Positions 37,988 to 48,334 of a stretch of 64,000 nt of DNA are shown piece by piece; the first letter of the stretch is position 1, and each line of letters opens with the position of its first letter. Source of the stretch: a virus (lineage: Duplodnaviria; Caudoviricetes); IMG/VR virus record IMGVR_UViG_3300028048_000102, positions 31,568-95,567 of that record; one strand, 5' to 3'. The translations under genes and the position numbers were made by a program. Under the pieces are notes generated by a model. The model saw nothing but the letters and a program-made list of their open reading frames with translations. It searched no databases and was not told the origin of the DNA.

Positions 37988-39349
37988 TCATTGATTTCTT
38001 CTAAGTCTTTCAAATGATTTATGAATACTACTAGCACCACCATAAAATATATCAGCTAATTTAGATCTAATATCTGGAGCATGACGACCATAAACAAATT
38101 CAGTTATTTTTTCCATAGCAGCTCTAGTTTGATGAGCATAATTATCATCACTAAACATTTCTTTATCAGAATCAGATAATTTATTAAATTCATCATAAAG
38201 TTTATTTAATTTCTTAAGATCATTTTTTACTTGATACTTAGTTTTCTTATCAATTCTAGGATCTTCTAAATCTTTTTCAAGTAAATTTATAGAAGTTTTA
38301 AGTCTAGCATTAAAATTTGGATGACCATTTGTAAGAGACATAAAATGATCGTAAATATATTCATTTATACCTATCCAATGTCCTACAATTGGCATTCTTG
38401 AAAAATCTTTATTAGTATCTACACCATCATCTATTACTTGATATTCCATTTTTATTAATGCAGATTGTAATTCTGGTCCATATCCTAATAATGTAGCAAA
38501 TGAATCAGAAAAAGTTTCTGCTGGATAACTAAATACATTTGCAAATACTAATGATTGAGCAACTAATACTGGTGATAATAATATGGTAGCCATAATAGAA
38601 GGAATTTGTTGCATTTTTAATACAGGGTGAATAATTTTAAATAAAATATCAAATATATGAGGTATAAAATTAATAAATCCAGTAAGTATATGTTTAATAA
38701 ACAATAATCCAGGAGATTTTTGAATCATATTAGTTATAGCATTATCTAGCATTCTAGTAGGAGTGGTTAAAGCTAATAATGTAGTAAGAATATGAGATGG
38801 ATTAGCTCCAGCAACTCTACCAGATAAAATTTCTGATGTTGTTACAATTGTTCTTAAAATAGGTATACCTAAGAATCCAGGTAATACAGCAGTATCAAAA
38901 TTATGACCTACTTCATGTAATAATACCGCTAAGACTTCAGCAGATGTTAATTTTTTAGAAAATAATAGTGGAGCTGTTATATAAATTATTGTACAGAATT
39001 TTTGTTTTTTATCATATTTAATACCTTTACCTTTAATAGACAATGCAAATGGGGCTCTAACATTTGCATCAGGAGTTATAGACATTGGAAAAGTATAAGC
39101 ATTTGGTAACTCAGTATCAGTATCAAGTAATAAACTAACTGAATAAAATCCAAAAGTATCTTCAAATGCTTGACGTAATTCTTGCCATTCAGTACTACTT
39201 TCAATTCCTTTGAACATAGTATCAAATCCATGAAGAATAGTACCTTTTTCACCATATTTATTTCTTATCTTTTCGATAAGATCTTCCATATGTTTAAGCT
39301 CTTTATTTTTACCTAAGTATGCTTCATTTAAAACTTCATCTAAAATCAT
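37988..39349 (-). CDS. MILD-tag Zn metalloprotease (M48-like HExxH)
   Basis: MILDEVLNE; PNAYT, AVLLHEVGH, ETFSDSFA..GYG, GHP..AR; paralog of 36094..37182. Confidence 0.8.
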   Translation of the reverse strand: MILDEVLNEAYLGKNKELKHMEDLIEKIRNKYGEKGTILHGFDTMFKGIESSTEWQELRQAFEDTFGFYSVSLLLDTDTELPNAYTFPMSITPDANVRAPFALSIKGKGIKYDKKQKFCTIIYITAPLLFSKKLTSAEVLAVLLHEVGHNFDTAVLPGFLGIPILRTIVTTSEILSGRVAGANPSHILTTLLALTTPTRMLDNAITNMIQKSPGLLFIKHILTGFINFIPHIFDILFKIIHPVLKMQQIPSIMATILLSPVLVAQSLVFANVFSYPAETFSDSFATLLGYGPELQSALIKMEYQVIDDGVDTNKDFSRMPIVGHWIGINEYIYDHFMSLTNGHPNFNARLKTSINLLEKDLEDPRIDKKTKYQVKNDLKKLNKLYDEFNKLSDSDKEMFSDDNYAHQTRAAMEKITEFVYGRHAPDIRSKLADIFYGGASSIHKSFERLRRNQ

Positions 39350-39475
39350 AATATTTACCTCTCATTATTTACTTATTTTATCTGATATTGATTTACCTAT
39401 TTTCGAACCTTTTTAAAAATAGTAGACTTGGTTAATGTAACTACCATACTAGCATCCATAAATATAATGAATTCA

Positions 39476-40084
39476 TTAATATTTATCTCTCTTAAATACT
39501 ATCTCAATATCATTATCAATACAGTTTTCTACCATAGTCATAATATTATTGAACATAGCAATATCAGGATTAGAAGACTCAGTCTTCTTACAAGTACATT
39601 CATTTATAGGCTTCTGACAAGACTTACAAATTTCTGCTGTATCAGCAGACTCAGACTTAGAGCAAGTACACTCAGTTACTGGGTTTCCGCAGCCTTTACA
39701 GATTGCTACTGCTTTATGAGTCTTACTTGCTTTAGCTGCTCTAGACTGAGCTTCCATAATTCCTTCTAAAGAAATATACAAAGCCAGTTTATCTATATGA
39801 TTCTCTTGACATACATCAGCAACTGCCTGTTTAATACTACCAATCTTATTAAACTTCATATAGTCAATAATATCTTCTAAAGAAGATACATTCTTATCAT
39901 CTTGCATTTTCCATACACGAACAGCATTTACAGGGAAATTGAATGTAGAAGCATCATAAGTTACTGCTTCTGAAAGAATTGTATTAAAAATATTAAACTC
40001 TCTACTATTCTGGAATATAGAACTTCCAAGAATTGCAGAGTCTTTTAAGATATCCTTGAGTTCACTAGGATTAATAAGTTTCAT
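39476..40084 (-). CDS. protein with two CxxC-x-CxC zinc-binding repeats
   Basis: CKGCGNPVTECTC and CKSCQKPINECTC; GACA-N6-TA upstream on the minus strand (40110-40121). Confidence 0.7.
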   Translation of the reverse strand: MKLINPSELKDILKDSAILGSSIFQNSREFNIFNTILSEAVTYDASTFNFPVNAVRVWKMQDDKNVSSLEDIIDYMKFNKIGSIKQAVADVCQENHIDKLALYISLEGIMEAQSRAAKASKTHKAVAICKGCGNPVTECTCSKSESADTAEICKSCQKPINECTCKKTESSNPDIAMFNNIMTMVENCIDNDIEIVFKRDKY

Positions 40085-40177
40085 ATATATCTACCTCCAA
40101 ATCTCGTATTATGATACTGTCGAGGATATATGTCGTTATTCCCCCCCCCACAACTTTTAATTAAGAGGTGAATAAAT

Positions 40178-40870
40178 ATGAGATATAATGGTATAGAATT
40201 TTACGATTCAGTAGATTTCACTGGGGGGGGGGCGAATTACACCTCCAGTAAATATCTAGTATGGATGGTTGCTAATCCTGATAATAATATATACAATAAT
40301 GATATTGGCCTTTATGTAACTGAATTTTATTTCTCTTTTGATAATTATAAAGGAAATGATATTTGGGTAAACTTTGAATTAGCATTTTGTGAAACTGGTA
40401 CAAATCCTGAATTACTATCAGGTGGTTATATTGTTCCAATTTATCCACAATATAAAAATATTTCTTTTATAAATGAAAAGGTTTTATCTATTGGATATAA
40501 CACAGAATCATATTATTTAGGTAAAGATAGATCATTCGAAAACCCATATTATGGATTAGGATATTCTATAGGTACTAATATGTATAACAGAGTATTTTAT
40601 AAATATCATATACATTTTTATGATGGTAAAATATACTATTATAAAGAAAATTCTTTAGTTTTGACTAAAGAATTTGGATCATTAGATCCAGATAGATATT
40701 TTGGTATAATACACATTTTATCGTCTAGATCTTGGTATAGTTCTAATCCTAAAATAGCAGTAAAGAATATTAGTATTACTGATAGTATGACTAATATACT
40801 ACCAAAACTACCTTATACATTAGGAGAAAAAGATAATGAAGTATATGGATATAAAAAGCAAAGTGAGTGA
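40178..40870 (+). CDS. putative surface/lectin-like protein with an in-frame G10 tract; paralog of 50709..51425
   Basis: NGIEFYDSVDFTGGG; Tyr-rich; C-terminal EKDNEVYGYK. Confidence 0.7.
   Translation: MRYNGIEFYDSVDFTGGGANYTSSKYLVWMVANPDNNIYNNDIGLYVTEFYFSFDNYKGNDIWVNFELAFCETGTNPELLSGGYIVPIYPQYKNISFINEKVLSIGYNTESYYLGKDRSFENPYYGLGYSIGTNMYNRVFYKYHIHFYDGKIYYYKENSLVLTKEFGSLDPDRYFGIIHILSSRSWYSSNPKIAVKNISITDSMTNILPKLPYTLGEKDNEVYGYKKQSE
40223..40232 (+). repeat. G10 homopolymer in coding sequence
   Basis: Direct read; a C9 run also lies upstream at 40141-40149. Confidence 0.9.
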
Positions 40871-40875
40871 TATAA

Positions 40876-41571
40876 ATGAGACTACCTAGTTATAAAGATA
40901 TGATTGATGAAGATACAATAGCATTTTTCCCATTTAACGGAAATTTGAATAATGAAGTATCGGGAGCGGGGTATTCATTTACCACTAATCAAACTCCTGC
41001 ATATACAAATATAACAATTGGTAATAAAACAGTTAAATGTATCTATCACACTAATGGTTCTGGTGGAATATTATGGTTTTCTGATGCTTCTATTATAGAT
41101 AATAATGATTTTACTATAGATTTTATGTTTAGGATTTTTCAAAATAACACTGGTTATATTTGTAGACTGTTTGAATATAGAGCTTATAGTTCTAATTTAG
41201 GAGTAGTTATAGAGTTAAATCAAGATGGTTCTAATGAGCTTGTAATTACAAAAGGTAATCGATCTATATATTATTATCGTATTCCATTAAATGAAAAATT
41301 TAAAAGTACTTATCATCATATGGCAGTCACTAAGAAGGATACAAATTTTTTTATATTCTTTTTAGATGGCAACAAAATTTTTCAGGGAAATATAGCACTT
41401 GGAGACTTTTCTCAATTTAGAATAGATATAAGAAGTTCTAACCCTGCAAATTTATTTTATTATAGATTTAGTAAAGGGATTAAATATATAGAGGACTTTA
41501 CTAGTCCATTAGAAGATCCTTATTATTTTCTTAAAGAAAATGATAATAATGTATACGGAATACAAAAATAA
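40876..41571 (+). CDS. LamG/concanavalin A-like lectin domain protein
   Basis: FPFNGNLNN, DFTIDFMF, YHHMAVT, FFLDG, RFSKGIKY..DF; C-terminal ENDNNVYGIQK. Confidence 0.7.
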   Translation: MRLPSYKDMIDEDTIAFFPFNGNLNNEVSGAGYSFTTNQTPAYTNITIGNKTVKCIYHTNGSGGILWFSDASIIDNNDFTIDFMFRIFQNNTGYICRLFEYRAYSSNLGVVIELNQDGSNELVITKGNRSIYYYRIPLNEKFKSTYHHMAVTKKDTNFFIFFLDGNKIFQGNIALGDFSQFRIDIRSSNPANLFYYRFSKGIKYIEDFTSPLEDPYYFLKENDNNVYGIQK

Positions 41572-41576
41572 AATTT

Positions 41577-41603
41577 CCCCCTGTACCATTACGGTACAGG
41601 GGA
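41577..41603. terminator. bidirectional hairpin, CCCCTGTACC variant
   Basis: CCCCTGTACC / GGTACAGGGG between convergent genes. Confidence 0.75.
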
Positions 41604-41611
41604 GATTTATT

Positions 41612-42292
41612 TTATTTATGAAAGTATCCTCCATTACCTTTCTTCTCTCCTACTTTAATTCTATTACTACCAAATTCTGGTTGATATACAAGATTTAACA
41701 TCTGTAATCCATAAGAGAAGAAATCAATGTTTCCTAAGATTTGATACATAGTCTGTATTGTAGATAGTGGAACTACAATACTATTATTTACATCACTTAG
41801 AACTATTCTCACTCCACCTGTACATTCACCATTTGGAAATTCTACAATATCTGGAGAGAGTAATATAAATCCACCAAACATAGTTGAAACTTCTATCTGA
41901 CGAATCTTTTTCTTTACAATATAAGAGTTATCTACTCTACCATAGAATTCATCATACTTAGAATTCAATAATGTAAATAAAGTTTCCAAAGCTTGTTTCA
42001 GAAACATAGTCATTTGGAAATTCAATTTTATATCTGCTTTAAATCCATTTACTTCTTTTATCTGAGATATCCCAATATATACATCTGGAGTAAGCTGTAC
42101 ATTTATGAGATCCTTTTGTACAGTATTATTAAAGTATTGGATTTCTTTATAGTATGAAGTTCTATTCTTTTTAGTAGAAGTATATGTATTGACTCCTATC
42201 TTTAGTTGTACATTATTTGTAATCCAGAATAATATAGTTTCTATCTTATTTATATCATTTATAGTTATTTCTGGACTTACTTTTTCTTCCAC
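41612..42292 (-). CDS. hypothetical phage protein
   Basis: 226-aa ORF, GTG start with SD GGGGTG. Confidence 0.75.
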   Translation of the reverse strand: MEEKVSPEITINDINKIETILFWITNNVQLKIGVNTYTSTKKNRTSYYKEIQYFNNTVQKDLINVQLTPDVYIGISQIKEVNGFKADIKLNFQMTMFLKQALETLFTLLNSKYDEFYGRVDNSYIVKKKIRQIEVSTMFGGFILLSPDIVEFPNGECTGGVRIVLSDVNNSIVVPLSTIQTMYQILGNIDFFSYGLQMLNLVYQPEFGSNRIKVGEKKGNGGYFHK

Positions 42293-42364
42293 TATATCAC
42301 CCCTGTTAATAAAAATAAGAGTGGAGATAAATCCCCACTCTTACGTTGTTGGCCAAAGGCCATA

Positions 42365-43285
42365 TTATGCTGTGAACTTGAGTTCAGTAGGCTGATGTGC
42401 TTCGCCCCACTTAAGATTAAATACAGAAGTATCAGTGAAGTGTTCAACTTCACCCTTCTTGAACCAGAATACTCTGGTATTGCTTTCGTTAATAATAGCA
42501 AAATCATCAGTATTCTGATAAACCAGGCCCTTGAATTTTTCATCGCCAATGATTTTCTGTACTTCCTCCTGAACTAACAAAGCTGCGATTCGATTAGCTA
42601 CTTTGTAGAATACTGACTTATTTTTTTTGATTTCATCATGTAAATTATCTAAGGAATCATAATCAAACCACTTCTTAGTAGTATTACGATTCTCTTCATT
42701 CTTCTTCTTCTTTTCCTCCTTCTTTTTCTTATCTTCTTCCTTCTTGTCCTTGGAAGTTTCCTTTTCTACTTTCTTAGACTCCTCCTTATCAGATTCTTCT
42801 TCTACTTCCATAGCAGCCTCGGTATGATCGACTGATACTTTGCTTATAAGATCCATATCTTTTTCATCAATCTTAATCATATCATGATCGATGCCATACT
42901 TGATAATCAAATCCATAGATTTCTCAAGCTGCTTTAACTTAACCATAAATTCTTCTGGATATACAGGAAGAATATCCTCAGAAGCCTTCATAAGCACATT
43001 GAGGAAATACAGGAACTTAACATTTCCTTTCTCTGTAGAATTAATGATAGATAATGCCTTTACAAACTCTTCAGCCTCAAACTGAGGTTCATCTGGCATT
43101 CCAATACTAAGCTCAATTCTAAGATTATCTCTCATAAATTTATAAGCAATATTATTGGTGTCTCTTTCATCCAAATATTTTCTATTATAATCGGATGTTA
43201 TCTTAAACTTTTCATCCATAGACAACTTTGGATCATTCATGCTCTTCAGATAATTCTTAAAATACTCATTGTTGCTTACTGCCAT
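42365..43285 (-). CDS. hypothetical (putative early) protein with an E/K-rich linker
   Basis: 306-aa ORF, SD AGGAGG, early motif upstream. Confidence 0.8.
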   Translation of the reverse strand: MAVSNNEYFKNYLKSMNDPKLSMDEKFKITSDYNRKYLDERDTNNIAYKFMRDNLRIELSIGMPDEPQFEAEEFVKALSIINSTEKGNVKFLYFLNVLMKASEDILPVYPEEFMVKLKQLEKSMDLIIKYGIDHDMIKIDEKDMDLISKVSVDHTEAAMEVEEESDKEESKKVEKETSKDKKEEDKKKKEEKKKKNEENRNTTKKWFDYDSLDNLHDEIKKNKSVFYKVANRIAALLVQEEVQKIIGDEKFKGLVYQNTDDFAIINESNTRVFWFKKGEVEHFTDTSVFNLKWGEAHQPTELKFTA

Positions 43286-43363
43286 AATAAATAGCCTCCT
43301 TAATAATAAATAAATAAATTTAAATTATATCGGTGTACCTTTATAGGTACACCGATTCTCTTA

Positions 43364-43383
43364 CTCATATATATATAGTATAT
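43364..43383 (-). promoter_or_regulatory. putative early phage promoter motif
   Basis: ATATACTATATATATATGAG on the minus strand, followed by a hairpin at 43330-43355. Confidence 0.65.
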
Positions 43384-43425
43384 AACTAAAAATATTTTTA
43401 CTAATGATTTTTTAACACCTTATAA

Positions 43426-43647
43426 TTATGCCAAACTATCAGTATAAATAGAAAATGGATATGTCCTAATAATATCTAATTGGCTAGGTATCTCAATACA
43501 ATAAGATCCTATATATTCATCATCAATAGTAAGATCAAAAAGCTCACTCATTATATTTACCATGGGTCCAATTTCTTTATTATATGGAAGCTTTAAATAT
43601 GGTTTACCACCTTTCTTAAGATAATTAAGAAATTGCTTTTTATCCAT
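43426..43647 (-). CDS. hypothetical protein
   Basis: SD AAGGAG. Confidence 0.65.
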   Translation of the reverse strand: MDKKQFLNYLKKGGKPYLKLPYNKEIGPMVNIMSELFDLTIDDEYIGSYCIEIPSQLDIIRTYPFSIYTDSLA

Positions 43648-43659
43648 TTTATTCTCCTT

Positions 43660-43866
43660 TTATATATCAATAGCTAATAATTTAAAATATATTGCCATGA
43701 ATAGATATGTAATGGCTTTGTATAATTCTTGCCTTAGACAAAATAACATATCTTCTGAAAAGATATAGAAACTATACAAACCAAGTACAAAGAATATTAT
43801 ACTACTAGTGTTTAAAATTATTTTTATTATATCTTTATATTTCATAATATATCCCTCCGAAAACAA
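43660..43866 (-). CDS. small membrane protein
   Basis: Hydrophobic; true start is probably the internal MKYKD ATG. Confidence 0.6.
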   Translation of the reverse strand: MFSEGYIMKYKDIIKIILNTSSIIFFVLGLYSFYIFSEDMLFCLRQELYKAITYLFMAIYFKLLAIDI

Positions 43867-43942
43867 TAATTAGTAAATTTTTATAGGGAGTATCATACGG
43901 TACTCCCTATTCCTATTCATATATATAATATATAACTAATTT

Positions 43943-44212
43943 TTATTTTAATGGGCCAATTTCTATACCTATATTTTTATACTGAATCCCAAATACAGTT
44001 GTAGGACCATTAATGGAGTTAATCTGTCTAGGAACTAATTTAAGCTCTGTATATTCTCTTAATATAGATGCTACGGTTTTATTTATTTCACTATTTTCAT
44101 CTAATACAAAATTTCTAATATCAGATATCAAATCATTGGTAACATCCTTTTCTCCATCATATACCTTTTCTATTCTTCTTTCTAATTTTTCAGCTTCTTC
44201 TTTTAAATTCAT
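43943..44212 (-). CDS. hypothetical protein
   Basis: 89-aa ORF with SD GGAG. Confidence 0.65.
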   Translation of the reverse strand: MNLKEEAEKLERRIEKVYDGEKDVTNDLISDIRNFVLDENSEINKTVASILREYTELKLVPRQINSINGPTTVFGIQYKNIGIEIGPLK

Positions 44213-44381
44213 ATGTTATAGCTCCTATTACAAGTCCAGTATATATTCCTACTCCAAATCCTATTTCCATATTATCCATCTCTATAAAATGAAAATATAG
44301 ATTAGGAATTAATATAATACCTACTATAAAACTTAAAACAGTAAGTTTATTATTATCTATATACTCAATAAAGTCTTCCAT
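44190..44381 (-). CDS. small two-TM membrane protein
   Basis: GxxxG-rich second helix ending IGAITYE. Confidence 0.6.
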   Translation of the reverse strand: MEDFIEYIDNNKLTVLSFIVGIILIPNLYFHFIEMDNMEIGFGVGIYTGLVIGAITYEFKRRS

Positions 44382-44384
44382 AGA

Positions 44385-44540
44385 TTACTTCTCCTTACTC
44401 TCATATATTATAGCACCAACAAAAACTCCTATAGCAAAATCAAGTGATGATTTATTATGGAATATAAATCCAAGTGCTACAAAGATAAGACCATATGCAA
44501 AACATGGATATTTTTTACAGAACTCTTTAAATTCCTTCAT
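44385..44540 (-). CDS. small two-TM membrane protein (51 aa)
   Basis: MKEFKEFC...IGVFVGAIIYESKEK; not in the ORF track. Confidence 0.55.
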   Translation of the reverse strand: MKEFKEFCKKYPCFAYGLIFVALGFIFHNKSSLDFAIGVFVGAIIYESKEK

Positions 44541-44689
44541 ACTTTATCTCCTATTAGAATTCCTATAATCATTCCAATTAAAAAAGCCATGTATAAATTC
44601 TTTAAAGAATATGGAACTAATAAAAGTCCAAGAAATATTACTCCCCCAATAAAGAAATATAGACATCCTATCTTAATTTCTTTCCTCAT
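44537..44689 (-). CDS. small two-TM membrane protein (50 aa)
   Basis: MRKEIKIGCLYFFIGG...IGMIIGILIGDKV; ATGA overlap with the next gene. Confidence 0.55.
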   Translation of the reverse strand: MRKEIKIGCLYFFIGGVIFLGLLLVPYSLKNLYMAFLIGMIIGILIGDKV

Positions 44690-44836
44690 AGTTATAGCCC
44701 CTTTGCAAACCATCCAAAATTATATCCCATAAATATAAATAGTAGTTTATCTAAGTATATACTATCAGTAGCAAATGCCCAAATCATTATACATAATATA
44801 ATAGCAGATATTACATTACCCATTACAATATCTCCT

Positions 44837-45367
44837 TTAAATAGATTTTAAAATAAGTTTATCTTCTTCCACCTCTATATCTGTAATATAATTTAATCCA
44901 ATAGAACCTTCATCCTTACATCTAAAATAAACTTCCCTATCTGGAAATATTCTTAATTCCTTTTTCAATTCTTCACATGTTAATGCTCGATGATAAAGTT
45001 CAAATAATTGTGCATTATTATCTTCTTTAGCAGGATTAGATGGACCAGTTATATCTGAATATAATGATAAATTTTCATATGATGGTATAATTTTTACATC
45101 GTAATGCCTAGCAGCCTGATTTACAGGAAAATCACCATATTGTAAGCAATCATTACCGCAATCAAATAAAACTAATGATCCATCTAATAAGAAGAACTTT
45201 GAATTATAATTTATTAATGTAAGTAATGATTTGCCAGTAAAAGGACTTTTATAATCAGATACCGTTACATATTTAGAATCATTACGAAATACATAATTAG
45301 CAAAAGCTAATGATACAATCAATAATATAATTAATACTAAGATTACTTCCATAAATATTCTCCTCAT
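44837..45367 (-). CDS. N-terminally anchored hypothetical protein
   Basis: Hydrophobic N-terminus; start is probably MEVIL. Confidence 0.7.
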   Translation of the reverse strand: MRRIFMEVILVLIILLIVSLAFANYVFRNDSKYVTVSDYKSPFTGKSLLTLINYNSKFFLLDGSLVLFDCGNDCLQYGDFPVNQAARHYDVKIIPSYENLSLYSDITGPSNPAKEDNNAQLFELYHRALTCEELKKELRIFPDREVYFRCKDEGSIGLNYITDIEVEEDKLILKSI

Positions 45368-45552
45368 AATAGTTTTAAATCTAATAATGATGCTCTTACC
45401 GTTAAGACATGATATTCATTTAAATACATACCTATTACTTTCATTTTTAATAAATCATTTGGTATTTCACCATAATGAAATTCTTTCTGAAGTTCTCCCC
45501 AAATCAAAAAGATATTACCATCATAAACTTCTACAAGGTCTTTTAACAACAT
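45364..45552 (-). CDS. hypothetical protein
   Basis: SD AAGGAG. Confidence 0.6.
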   Translation of the reverse strand: MLLKDLVEVYDGNIFLIWGELQKEFHYGEIPNDLLKMKVIGMYLNEYHVLTVRASLLDLKLL

Positions 45553-45699
45553 TTTATTTATATCTCCTTTAAATATAATTAAGAAATCATGTGATCTTTA
45601 TTCCCCTCTAATTCTTCATTCAAAAACCAACTAGCAAAAACTAATGTTATTATTAATAATACAATCAAAGATACTATTACTTCCAATTTAATTCTCCTC

Positions 45700-47754
45700 T
45701 TACAATTCTAATATATTGCTATATGTGATATTCTTATTCCCGAATCTATGAATACCAATAGAATCTAATGGGAAATTATTAAGATTATTATGAATAATCT
45801 CAGAATAATTAATAAATGGCACTATCCATTCTGGTACAGGAATATCTGTAGGAATAGCGATAGAATTTATACCATTCTTAAACTCTTCTCTTTGAAGCAA
45901 AGCTTTCATCTTATCATAAGTTTCCTTATCATCAGATGCTATATTTTCGATAGTCTTCTTATCAATCTTAGTCTTAATGATTAAAACTGTATTAGTACTA
46001 TCAAGATTAATTGCTTCCTCATTTGTTCTCTTAAGCTCATTATATGCTATACTTCCCTTAATACCTTCATTCTGCATAGGAAGTTTATAAGCATTAGCAG
46101 CTTTGATTCTAAGTGGTTTATAGTACAAAGTTTCACCACTAGTAAGAGAATCAAATATCTTCTTCTCTAATATAGCAAGTTCTTTTAATACTGCCACTTG
46201 ATCAATATCTTCTACTGTAAGAATTCTATCTTTAATAATTCTCTTGAGCTCATTAGATGTACTCTTTGGAACATTTACTTTATCCAATGGAAGACCAGAG
46301 ATTGCTAATCCTGCTTCTGGTGGAACTAGATTGCCTTCCTGAACTTCCTGGAATGAAGCATAATTCTTCTTTCCATCTGTAAGCATTAATGCCTTAAAGA
46401 GGAACTCATTCTTCATTATCAACAAACACTTCTTACCATCTGCATATGAATTATAATGCTTTGTATATTGCACCATATAATCCAGTATCAACTGTCCAAT
46501 ACAATATGCAAGTATATTGATAATAGAATGACGTAATCCATCCTGAGGAATAACTTCTTTTGGTTTCTCCTCTCTCATTCTTTCAGTGATTACTTCATTA
46601 TAGAAATCATAATCTGGCTCTACTGTACCAGTATTTTCTACAACTAAATCATCACCCTGCTCTTTTACTTCAATTTTAGCAGTTTTAATTTTCATATCAA
46701 CATCTTTGGTATTCTCTAATACATATCTATACCAATGATTGAATGATACAATACAAGAATCTGTATCTGTAATCAATACAGCTTCTCTAACCATAGACTC
46801 AATTCTATCGAGTTTATCAATAATCATATATCCATAATATACATATTCCTTGATAAACTCTAAAAATACTTCTAATTGATCCTTAATCTCTTCTGGTGGT
46901 TTATTAGGATTCAAGAATGGAGCTTCTAAACTACGAAGCATATTCTTAAGCATATTCTGAATGAATTCATTATTACAGAACTCAAATAGATTATTCTTAT
47001 AATAAATCCTATTGATATCCTGCTGAGAACAATTACAAAGAATATTCCATACAATCTGCATTTCATTCTCAGTAGGTAACCAGAGATAACCACAATTCAT
47101 GATAATCTTTCTGAAACACTCTGACACATCAATCTGCCTAAAATACTTATCAGTATTAGTTCTAGTTTCATTTCTTATATTATCAATAAATGTAATTATT
47201 TCATTTAATGAACCAAACTTTACATTATTCTCTAAGAATGATTCAAAGAATGTAATACTAGCAGAAATAGATCCACGACCACAGGAAGTAATACCAGCAG
47301 CACAATATAAATTATAAAATATTGCCTGGGCCTGTCCCATGGCTCCATAAATTGCATTAACATCTACCTTAGCTACTAACTGAAGAAGATTATATTTATT
47401 AAATTCTTCACTACCTTTTGGATATTTAAACATTTCTTTCTTAAATGCTGCTCTTGTAGCCAAGAAAGAATCAATCATTTTACTTAATGGATTAGGAACT
47501 GCACCATGTCTTGAATACATTACACCATATGGAGTAAGTATTGGCTTATGGTCTAATATGAAATCCATAAGCTCAGTAAGCTTAAGATTCACTTCTGTCT
47601 TTTTATAGTTATTAGTTACAGATACTTGATGATCTTGAAATCTCTTCTGTACTGAGTATTCCATAGCTCTTTCAAGTTCTTCTCTAGATATGCCTTTAAT
47701 AGTTAAAGGTATCATTCTTCTAAGTACATTCTTATATTCTTCTATTACTTTCAT
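45700..47754 (-). CDS. family B DNA polymerase, split subunit (motifs B and C)
   Basis: R..FKK...QLVAKVDVNAIYG, ITSCGR, ITDTDS, KKNY; no motif A or exonuclease motifs seen. Confidence 0.85.
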   Translation of the reverse strand: MKVIEEYKNVLRRMIPLTIKGISREELERAMEYSVQKRFQDHQVSVTNNYKKTEVNLKLTELMDFILDHKPILTPYGVMYSRHGAVPNPLSKMIDSFLATRAAFKKEMFKYPKGSEEFNKYNLLQLVAKVDVNAIYGAMGQAQAIFYNLYCAAGITSCGRGSISASITFFESFLENNVKFGSLNEIITFIDNIRNETRTNTDKYFRQIDVSECFRKIIMNCGYLWLPTENEMQIVWNILCNCSQQDINRIYYKNNLFEFCNNEFIQNMLKNMLRSLEAPFLNPNKPPEEIKDQLEVFLEFIKEYVYYGYMIIDKLDRIESMVREAVLITDTDSCIVSFNHWYRYVLENTKDVDMKIKTAKIEVKEQGDDLVVENTGTVEPDYDFYNEVITERMREEKPKEVIPQDGLRHSIINILAYCIGQLILDYMVQYTKHYNSYADGKKCLLIMKNEFLFKALMLTDGKKNYASFQEVQEGNLVPPEAGLAISGLPLDKVNVPKSTSNELKRIIKDRILTVEDIDQVAVLKELAILEKKIFDSLTSGETLYYKPLRIKAANAYKLPMQNEGIKGSIAYNELKRTNEEAINLDSTNTVLIIKTKIDKKTIENIASDDKETYDKMKALLQREEFKNGINSIAIPTDIPVPEWIVPFINYSEIIHNNLNNFPLDSIGIHRFGNKNITYSNILEL

Positions 47755-47786
47755 TTTATTTCCTCCCCTTTAGCAGTATCTAAAGG

Positions 47787-47981
47787 TTATTCTTCATTCT
47801 GTTTTCTATCTTCCTTATCTGCTTCATTTTCATCATTATACTTAAACTTATCCATTATCTTTTTAAGATAATTCTTCTTAATTTTATTTATTGCAGATGT
47901 AGTTGCAGTTAGCCCATCTTTATCACAGGCTAAGTCTCCAATATCAATTACTCTATTTTTTTTAAAAAACATAATGAACAC
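47787..47981 (-). CDS. hypothetical protein
   Basis: Short ORF with SD, upstream of the polymerase. Confidence 0.5.
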   Translation of the reverse strand: MFIMFFKKNRVIDIGDLACDKDGLTATTSAINKIKKNYLKKIMDKFKYNDENEADKEDRKQNEE

Positions 47982-48223
47982 TCCTTCTATTTAATTAATT
48001 TTTGGATAGGGATCTGATAGACTACCTTGTATTGGTAGTGGAGATGTAATAATTTTATATTCAAAATTATTACTATTTGGATCTGAAGATTCATTATATA
48101 TTCTTAATAATCTCATAGATGATAAATAATTTTTTCATAATACTTTTTATAATATTTTTTAAAGTATTTTATTTTAGTTCTTCTTCTATTATTCATAACT
48201 TACCTCCAATTACTATACTATTA

Positions 48224-48243
48224 CTCATATATATAGTATATTT
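48224..48243 (-). promoter_or_regulatory. putative early phage promoter motif
   Basis: AAATATACTATATATATGAG on the minus strand, pointing into the polymerase operon. Confidence 0.7.
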
Positions 48244-48334
48244 TCATATTATATTTTAGATTAGAGACTACTCACCCAACAATTTAATAATCTATTGAAG
48301 ATTGTAATTTCTACAATATAAGGAGGAAATTTAA

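Noticed and set aside
44457-44732. Plus-strand 91-aa ORF
   Set aside because: It is antisense to coupled minus-strand membrane-protein ORFs that fit the local operon direction.
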